41,402 bases of DNA from a virus (taxonomy: Duplodnaviria > Caudoviricetes): positions 1 to 41,402 of the IMG/VR virus record IMGVR_UViG_3300033067_000869; one strand, 5' to 3'. Positions 35,952 to 41,402 of this stretch are shown here, one piece after another. Under the pieces are notes generated by a model that had not been told where the DNA came from, made no database searches, and was given only the letters and a program-made list of their open reading frames with translations. The position numbers and the translations under genes were made by a program. Positions within the stretch are counted from its first letter, which is position 1. Every line of letters begins with the position of its first letter.

Positions 35952-36092
35952 TTACCTCCCTTGTTTTTCAAGTTCAATTTTTGCGGTATACTCAATATCT
36001 TCAAGCTGTTCTTTAGGCTTTTTGTACAGCTCTGTTTCTGTGATAGATATTTCAGCCTTTACGCACAACTGATATAATTCCGGTATACTCAT
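35952..36092 (-). CDS. 46-aa hypothetical protein
   Basis: Not in track; ATGA coupling to upstream gene; MSIPELYQLCVKAEISITETELYKKPKEQLEDIEYTAKIELEKQGR. Confidence 0.5.
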   Translation of the reverse strand: MSIPELYQLCVKAEISITETELYKKPKEQLEDIEYTAKIELEKQGR

Positions 36093-36280
36093 TTTTGCCA
36101 CATCCAATCTTTGTCGGCTTGTTGTTCTTGTTCTTCAAATCTCTCAACGTGCATCCTAATTATGTATACCATTTGGGGCTTTTTCATGGTTACTTCAATG
36201 TCTTTTATTCCTTTTTCTTTAAGTTTGTCCTTATATTTGTTAGCCTTCGCCTGCAAATCCAAAAATTCTTGCTTTGTCAT
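36089..36280 (-). CDS. Hypothetical protein
   Basis: RBS AGGGGAG; in early operon. Confidence 0.6.
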   Translation of the reverse strand: MTKQEFLDLQAKANKYKDKLKEKGIKDIEVTMKKPQMVYIIRMHVERFEEQEQQADKDWMWQK

Positions 36281-36375
36281 TTTTTCTTCTCCCCTTTCTT
36301 TTCAGCTTCTTTTTTCTGTGCTTCTAGTAGAAGCCTGTACAACTCAATTTCTGCATCCGTCATTTTTGCCATTTT

Positions 36376-36522
36376 TTACTCCCCCTTCTTTTTATACCAA
36401 TCTGTTTTTAAGAACTTTTCTACATCCGTTTCTTGCCTTCGTTCTTCTTGCCATTCGCCTTTTTCGTCCAAAAAATAATGCGTAGGCTTTTTTAACTCTC
36501 TCCAGTCTAATTTTTTTGCCAT
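36376..36522 (-). CDS. Hypothetical protein
   Basis: RBS GAGGAGG before MAKKLDW. Confidence 0.6.
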   Translation of the reverse strand: MAKKLDWRELKKPTHYFLDEKGEWQEERRQETDVEKFLKTDWYKKKGE

Positions 36523-36523
36523 C

Positions 36524-36760
36524 TTACTTAACCTCCTCAAGATTTGCTCTTGCTTCACATTTTCTGAATATTGACCAGAAATTTGTATAGTCTTTTTGTG
36601 GTTCACTAGTCCACAGGGCATTTGTTTTTCTCAATGCGTTTCCATTTTTGTCAAACGCCAAAAACGCAATAAACAGGCTTGTTTCCTCTGTCAAAAAGAT
36701 TGCTTCCTCGTATATGTACCGCTTGCTTTCGTGGAAATTTGTTAAAAGTTTATTACCCAT
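36524..36760 (-). CDS. Hypothetical protein
   Basis: RBS AAGGGGG; first ORF after the long leader downstream of cro. Confidence 0.65.
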   Translation of the reverse strand: MGNKLLTNFHESKRYIYEEAIFLTEETSLFIAFLAFDKNGNALRKTNALWTSEPQKDYTNFWSIFRKCEARANLEEVK

Positions 36761-36791
36761 AATTGGACCCCCTTTTTATTTTTTATATGCC

Positions 36792-36859
36792 TATAACGTG
36801 GATTTTATCGCAGTAGTGACTGCACCGCCCTCTTTCGTAGGGCAACGTACCACGTTATA
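36792..36859 (-). ncRNA. Putative three-way-junction RNA element
   Basis: Perfect 10-bp closing stem TATAACGTGG/CCACGTTATA enclosing GCCCU-AC-GAAA-G-AGGGC and GCAGU-CACU-ACUGC. Confidence 0.5.
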
Positions 36860-37087
36860 AACATAACTAAAAATAAAACGTCAGTTTGTTAGATACTCGC
36901 CTTTTAAATGCCTCTGAATTGGTTTCGTTAACCTCTCGACGCAAAAGACTTGACACGCCCCACTATACAATGAGTGCCTTTAGTGCCTTATTCAATTGTC
37001 CGTAACGATTGTGAATCCCCTAAGAAAAAATAAGATGTTACTTTACTGAATTTTTTATATTATGAAAATTTGATATGCGTTTTTAAG

Positions 37088-37430
37088 TTCACACTTCGTG
37101 GATTACTTAAGCAAAAAAATTTCTTCAAAAGTTTTGTCCAGTATTTCCATTATTTTCAATATTTCGCTTAGTGTGAATTGTCGCTTCCCTGTGATTTTTA
37201 GGCTAACACTGCAAGCATTTATTCCAAGTCTTTTCGCTAGTTCAGATTGATTAATTCCTTTAGATATAAGTAAGCCTTTAAGATTTGTATGTTTCATTTG
37301 TTTTCTCCTTTGCTTCACAAATCGTGAAGCCCATAATTTAATATTACTCCACATTTTGATAATTGTCAATAGTATTTTAATAAAAAAATAAAATATTTTC
37401 ACAAAGCGTGGGAAATACACAAATTGAGCA
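37088..37430. promoter_or_regulatory. Immunity region: early promoter and repeated operators
   Basis: Minus strand TTGACA(37369-64)-17-TAATAT(37346-41); TTCACA-NNN-CGTGR sites at 37088, 37314, 37398 and degenerate ones at 37348, 37416. Confidence 0.7.
37103..37297 (-). CDS. cro: Cro-like XRE HTH regulator
   Basis: LKGLLISKGINQSELAKRLGI..SVSLKITGKRQFTLSEI..TFEEIF; RBS AAGGAG; divergent from repressor. Confidence 0.85.
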   Translation of the reverse strand: MKHTNLKGLLISKGINQSELAKRLGINACSVSLKITGKRQFTLSEILKIMEILDKTFEEIFLLK

Positions 37431-37466
37431 AGATATAAACTATAATAAAATATGGAGGTGTTAAAA

Positions 37467-37811
37467 ATGATAGAAAAAAGAATGAAGGAATTGCGGGAAA
37501 ACAACAATCTCCAACAAAAAGAAGTTGCACAAATGCTGAATATAACTGCAACATCGTACAATAACTATGAAAGCGGTATAAGGCGCCCGCATTATGAATT
37601 GCTCGTCAAGATAGCTGAAATCTACAGCGTAACGGTTGACTACCTACTCGGAATAACTAACGTACGTCATTGTGACATAGTCAAATTTTTAAATTTTATG
37701 TCGGGGGTGTTGTATTTGCATAATATTATTTTTATAGAATTGCCTGTAATTATTGTGTACGTAGTAATTGGAAGCATAAAGTACGTTAATATAAAATATC
37801 AAAAAAAATAA
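37467..37811 (+). CDS. cI: CI-like XRE repressor
   Basis: RMKELRENNNLQQKEVAQMLNITATSYNNYESGIRRP..LVKIAEIYSVTVDYLLG; RBS GGAGGTG; no S24 peptidase domain. Confidence 0.85.
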   Translation: MIEKRMKELRENNNLQQKEVAQMLNITATSYNNYESGIRRPHYELLVKIAEIYSVTVDYLLGITNVRHCDIVKFLNFMSGVLYLHNIIFIELPVIIVYVVIGSIKYVNIKYQKK

Positions 37812-37814
37812 AAG

Positions 37815-37838
37815 AATCCCCAGAAGGGATTTTTTTTA
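37815..37838 (+). terminator. Terminator after repressor
   Basis: AATCCC-cagaa-GGGATT followed by T-run. Confidence 0.7.
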
Positions 37839-37866
37839 TTGACTTTTTTTTAGTATATGGTAAAAT
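37839..37866 (+). promoter_or_regulatory. SigA-type promoter of the ORF-less structured transcript
   Basis: TTGACT-16 nt-TAAAAT with extended TG. Confidence 0.65.
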
Positions 37867-37871
37867 GGTAG

Positions 37872-37950
37872 ACAAACGAACAAAGCCTTTGCGCTATACC
37901 CCACCAAGGTTCGCAAAAGCTCTTATAATTTTTTGTGCTTATTAATTTGT
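37872..37950 (-). ncRNA. Putative antisense copy-control RNA (RNAI-like)
   Basis: Promoter TTGATT(37986-81)-18-TATAAT(37962-57); hairpin AGCUUUUGCG..ACC-UUGGUGG-GGU..CGCAAAGGCU. Confidence 0.55.
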
Positions 37951-38220
37951 ATTAATATTATACTCACAAGTTGAGTAAAAAATCAATACTTATTTTAAAT
38001 TTTGCAAAAAAAGATTATTCGAAGCGTTCGGATAGTCTTTTTATTTTGGCTCTAGGCACTGCCAAATAAGAGTTTGACAAGATAAAAGGACAAGCAATAA
38101 CTTTTACGGTGATGGTAGATAATGACGCCCTACCCTATCCGTTGAGGTCGAGAGCCGGAAACGGGGACTCTTGTCTTTGCGTCAAGGCACAAAGGGAAAA
38201 TTAAACTTTGTTCAGGGGGG
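37872..38220 (+). ncRNA. Putative replication primer-like structured RNA (candidate ARRPOF/ColE1 RNAII analogue)
   Basis: No ORF; at least six stems, a GAAA tetraloop, a TGACGC/GCGTCA pseudoknot pairing and a terminal TCAGGGGGG. Confidence 0.55.
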
Positions 38221-38342
38221 TTCTTTCTTTTTCTTTTCTTTCTTTTTTCTCTAAGTTGACAACTTCCTCTCTTCCCTCTTTCTTTTCTTTTTCTTTCTGA
38301 GGGATAGACCTTCCAACATTTTACATAAATTATAATTAATTA

Positions 38343-38816
38343 TTATTTATTTTTAAATATATTATTCTTAATTCTTTCAAAAATGCCTTTTTTCTGCTGT
38401 GTTTTAGCTTCAATCATAATTAACCTATCATTACTACTTTTAAGCAAAATTTGGCTGTTTTCATTCAATCGAGTTAAATTTTCTACTTGTGTATATAATT
38501 TTTGTTTATCACTTTGCAGGTCGGTAATTTGTTTTTGTAACGCTTCAATCAAAGCTTGGTTGTCACTTGTACCTTTTGCACTACAAAGGTTTGCGGTTTC
38601 GGTGTCAACTATTTTTGTTTCTGGTTGACTGTCGGTTGACTGGTTGACAAGGTTAAGGGATTGTCGTAATAACTCTAAACCCTGCTCCGATATGTATTTT
38701 GTGTTATTTTTTATTTTTATGTGCGGTTTAAGTTCTGGCATAGTCTCCAGCTTTTTGTATACCGCTTGCCTAGATATAGACAACTGACGTGATACCTCTA
38801 AGATTGTATATAACAT
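38343..38816 (-). CDS. Plasmid-type HTH plus coiled-coil protein (DUF536/OrfX, pSK1 Par-like architecture)
   Basis: YTILEVSRQLSISRQAVYKKL HTH; LIEALQKQI..LTRLNENSQILL coiled coil; KKGIFERI tail; RBS AGGGGAG. Confidence 0.75.
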   Translation of the reverse strand: MLYTILEVSRQLSISRQAVYKKLETMPELKPHIKIKNNTKYISEQGLELLRQSLNLVNQSTDSQPETKIVDTETANLCSAKGTSDNQALIEALQKQITDLQSDKQKLYTQVENLTRLNENSQILLKSSNDRLIMIEAKTQQKKGIFERIKNNIFKNK

Positions 38817-38889
38817 TATTACACTCCCCTGCTCCGTAAGATGTGTTAACTTTAGCAAAATAAGTTGTCAATTGTCAACAAAAAAACGC

Positions 38890-38917
38890 AAAAAAAAAGA
38901 AGCTTGTTAGGCTTCTT
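38890..38917 (-). terminator. Terminator ending the small-gene array
   Basis: AAGAAGCC/GCTTCTT stem then T-run on the minus strand. Confidence 0.6.
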
Positions 38918-38969
38918 AATAAGTTTGGGTATTAATTTCTATTTTTTATATTATCGTTCATTTTTACAC

Positions 38970-39206
38970 CTACAAATCATAGCTTTCATACTCTTCTGTT
39001 TCAGAATTCCATTCTAATTTTGCAACGTATACTACACGTTTTTCTGTTCTTTTTAATTTTTTTGCGTAATCTATACATTCTTTTTTTGTAGTAAAATAAT
39101 TGGCATCACAGCAACCATCTACGCTTACAACATAGCCATTGTTGCCCAATTTCTTATATAATTCATCTGTTTTTTCAGTATAATTCGATATAATTTCCAT
39201 TTTCAT
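38970..39206 (-). CDS. Small acidic hypothetical protein
   Basis: RBS GAGGAGG; part of early small-gene array. Confidence 0.7.
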   Translation of the reverse strand: MKMEIISNYTEKTDELYKKLGNNGYVVSVDGCCDANYFTTKKECIDYAKKLKRTEKRVVYVAKLEWNSETEEYESYDL

Positions 39207-39245
39207 CCCTCCTCTGGGCGGTTTTGGTTAACCGCCAACCTGATT

Positions 39246-39410
39246 TTATTTGTAGCTTATTATGTAATCATCTTTTTTGAATCTTTTTATTCCTTTACTG
39301 CCTCTTTTGTCAATAACAGCAAGCGTTATATATCCCATTCCATTTTGCAAAATTTCTCCTATGGTTGTTTTAGTTCCATTTTTTAATAATTTAATTAATA
39401 TTGCTTGCAT
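39246..39410 (-). CDS. Small basic hypothetical protein
   Basis: RBS AAGGAG before MQAIL. Confidence 0.6.
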   Translation of the reverse strand: MQAILIKLLKNGTKTTIGEILQNGMGYITLAVIDKRGSKGIKRFKKDDYIISYK

Positions 39411-39493
39411 TTTTAACACTCTCCTTTTTTTATTTTGTTTATGTTTTCCATCAAGCCCCACGTAAGGGGCTTAAGCAAAGCATAAAGCTTAAT

Positions 39494-39688
39494 TTATTCT
39501 TGTTTTAATAATTTTTTTATTGCTTTTATATCTTTTTCGTTCAAAATATAGTCTTCTCCACTTCCACAAGGGAAAATTTTTTTTCCTTGCTTAAAGCGGT
39601 TTATGTCAACCACACAATCAGTAATATTATACATATCACTTTTAACTTTAAACTCTATTGTTTTTTCATAAATTAAATATTTATTCAT
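39494..39688 (-). CDS. Small hypothetical protein
   Basis: RBS AGGGGAG before MNKYL. Confidence 0.65.
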   Translation of the reverse strand: MNKYLIYEKTIEFKVKSDMYNITDCVVDINRFKQGKKIFPCGSGEDYILNEKDIKAIKKLLKQE

Positions 39689-39729
39689 TTTCGCCACTCC
39701 CCTTTTCTTTTTATTAGTCTCATCAGTTT

Positions 39730-39951
39730 TTATTCTTCGCAAAATATTTCATAATTTGCGTTGTCATCTTTTCTATATAAAAAACTTACAGCTTCCCCTT
39801 TTTCATTGTAAAATTGTCTTTCAAGTATGCCCTGCGTCGAGCTCCACACTAAATCGTGACTTTGTACAGTTCCTTCCAAATCGCACATGTATCTTTCGTT
39901 TAATTCTGCAAATTCTTCCTTCGATAAAATTTCTTGACATATTAAAGCCAT
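39730..39951 (-). CDS. Small acidic hypothetical protein
   Basis: RBS GGAGGT before MALIC. Confidence 0.7.
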   Translation of the reverse strand: MALICQEILSKEEFAELNERYMCDLEGTVQSHDLVWSSTQGILERQFYNEKGEAVSFLYRKDDNANYEIFCEE

Positions 39952-39955
39952 TTTA

Positions 39956-40324
39956 ATTACCTCCACAGCTTGCACCCCTTTTGTGTGCCACAGCTTATTT
40001 TATTTGTCCTTAATGCTGTTTTCTTTTGTATTGCGTTAAATAATTTCAATTTCGTAGTTTTCAAACACAGATAAAGAGTAAGAAATTCCTCTTGTATCTG
40101 TTATTTCAACTCCAGGTGCTCGAGGGTTTACATGCTTTTGTATACTTTCTATTTTTGTACGTCCGTGCAATCCGCCACATTCGAAAGGATTGTAATTTTT
40201 TATTGCGATTATATCCCCTGCTTTTATTGTAGTGCCTTTTAATTGTGCACTATCCAATTTTATCCAATTAGTCATGTTATTACCTCCACGCTTGACGCCT
40301 TTTTGCGTCCACAGCTTATTTTAT
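39956..40324 (-). repeat. Duplicated intergenic hairpin-RBS element (39956-40003 and 40279-40324)
   Basis: Identical CCACAGCTTATTTTAT and ATTACCTCCAC flanks around differing hairpins. Confidence 0.8.
40036..40275 (-). CDS. Small hypothetical protein
   Basis: RBS GGAGGT. Confidence 0.7.
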   Translation of the reverse strand: MTNWIKLDSAQLKGTTIKAGDIIAIKNYNPFECGGLHGRTKIESIQKHVNPRAPGVEITDTRGISYSLSVFENYEIEII

Positions 40325-40503
40325 ACTATTTCAACTCCAAGTATTTCAGCGGCTTTGTATGCTACGCTTTCAAAGTCTTCGCCTGCATTTTCCCACTCTT
40401 CCTCTAAGTCTGCATAATAACAAAGCTCTCCAAGTATTTCTAAGTCCCATGTGTCTTTTCCTTCTTGAATTCTTGCAAGCTCTTTAACTCTTTTCATATC
40501 CAT
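40321..40503 (-). CDS. Small very acidic hypothetical protein
   Basis: RBS AAGGGG; WDLEILGELCYYADLEEEWENAGEDFESVAYKAAEILGVEI. Confidence 0.75.
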   Translation of the reverse strand: MDMKRVKELARIQEGKDTWDLEILGELCYYADLEEEWENAGEDFESVAYKAAEILGVEIV

Positions 40504-40560
40504 TTTTTTATCCCCTTTTCTTTTTTTTATTTTGCTTGTTTGCGTTTACCTCATATATTA

Positions 40561-40589
40561 ACTATATCAAATCTATATATATTATACAA
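40561..40589 (-). promoter_or_regulatory. SigA-type promoter of the small-gene array
   Basis: Minus strand TTGTAT-17-TATAGT with TG extension. Confidence 0.55.
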
Positions 40590-40622
40590 GTATCAAATAA
40601 ACTCATTTTAGCCGAAAAACGA

Positions 40623-40765
40623 ACGTGCACGTTAACTAGATATATATTATCTTTAAATATCTATTATTTTCTCACGTTTTCGATAATATCTATTAAATTT
40701 ATATAAAATCTAGATTTGTGTAAAACTACGTGCACGTTAGATAAGCTACGTGCACGTAAGATAAC
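40623..40765. repeat. Three ACGTGCACGT palindromes, two in a 20-bp tandem repeat
   Basis: 40623-32, 40728-37, 40748-57; CTACGTGCACGT(T/A)AGATAA x2. Confidence 0.85.
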
Positions 40766-40923
40766 TTGCACAAACAGACTTTTATTATATACGCAAAAAT
40801 AACGCAAAATATTGGCATTTAATACGCAAGTGGAGGGATATATGCTAGTAGTATGCAATAATTGTAAAAACATCTATATAAAGTAGATGTTATTTTTATG
40901 TAATAGGGGATAGGGGGCTAAAA

Positions 40924-41322
40924 ATGGGTAGACAAAAAGTATTTACAGATACAGACGATTTAATGTACTTTTTTGAGGAGTATTTGCGAGAATGTGAAAA
41001 TGATGGAAAATATGCTAATTTAGCAGGCTTTGCGCGTAAATGTTATTGCGATAAGTCTACTTTGCTAAAATACAAAGAAGAAACTCATCCTTATTTCAAT
41101 GCAATGAAATTGATATATACTTTTTTAGAAGATGATACTATAAACAATAAAATGTCTGATAATTTTAAAAAGTTTTACATGACTAATACTTTTCGCAGTG
41201 ACTATCAAGACAAAGTTGTTACTGATACTACTGCAACTAACACAAACATCAACACAAACATCGACGCAGAGCAAGAGAGAGCCGAATTAATCGCATCCAT
41301 AAAACGCAAACTTAATCTATAG
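40924..41322 (+). CDS. terS: Terminase small subunit (GP3 packaging-type)
   Basis: MGRQKVF..FEEYLREC..NLAGFARKCYCDKSTLLKY..FYMTNTF..YQDK; would precede terL if the genome is circular. Confidence 0.75.
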   Translation: MGRQKVFTDTDDLMYFFEEYLRECENDGKYANLAGFARKCYCDKSTLLKYKEETHPYFNAMKLIYTFLEDDTINNKMSDNFKKFYMTNTFRSDYQDKVVTDTTATNTNINTNIDAEQERAELIASIKRKLNL

Positions 41323-41402
41323 CAGTAAAAATGGGGGGGTGATATTATATTACCTCTCATTTTTATACGCCAAAAATCGAACGGTATAAATGGTAAATAT
41401 GT

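Noticed and set aside
36792-36859. Hammerhead ribozyme or known riboswitch
   Set aside because: Three-way junction is present, but the CUGAnGA and junction GAAA core is absent, and no riboswitch consensus was recognised.
36950-36971. TTGACA...TACAAT as a promoter
   Set aside because: Spacer is only 10 bp.
25258-39956. Plus-strand ORFs overlapping the leftward operons (other than cI)
   Set aside because: Shadow ORFs with F/L/S-rich composition and no RBS.
1-41402. tRNA, rRNA, IS elements, introns or stop-codon recoding
   Set aside because: None recognised; genes are intact in the standard code and no transposase or intron-encoded protein is evident.

Overview
The window is a nearly complete, circularly permuted genome of a temperate, low-GC Bacillota (probably Clostridia-like) podovirus-type phage. 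It opens inside the terminase large subunit and ends just after the terminase small subunit, with no host genes anywhere. The plus strand carries P22-like portal, scaffold, decoration and major capsid genes, four beta-rich appendage genes, adaptor and nozzle, two large ejection-type proteins (834 and 2016 aa) and a holin-amidase-holin lysis cassette followed by a secreted zincin. The minus strand carries the early/replication operon (Cro-like HTH, Sak4-like AAA, replisome organiser with internal iterons, G39P-like loader/inhibitor, SSB, DUF1064 nuclease, ArpU-like activator), ending in a XerC-like tyrosine recombinase. The most notable signal is non-coding. At 37.84-38.30 kb a promoter drives an ORF-less, multi-stem, pseudoknotted RNA that ends in TCAGGGGGG plus a pyrimidine tract. 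Its 5' end is overlapped by a convergent antisense promoter and a UUGG-loop hairpin. An HTH/coiled-coil plasmid-type protein with GTTGAC repeats lies next to it. A perfect 12-6-12 recombination-type palindrome sits beside the recombinase. Together these suggest a phage-plasmid with a Rep-less, RNA-primed, antisense-controlled replicon. Two further promoter-driven hairpin sRNAs at 24.4-24.7 kb resemble orphan copy-control RNAs. All assignments come from reading motifs by eye; no database search or folding computation was run.
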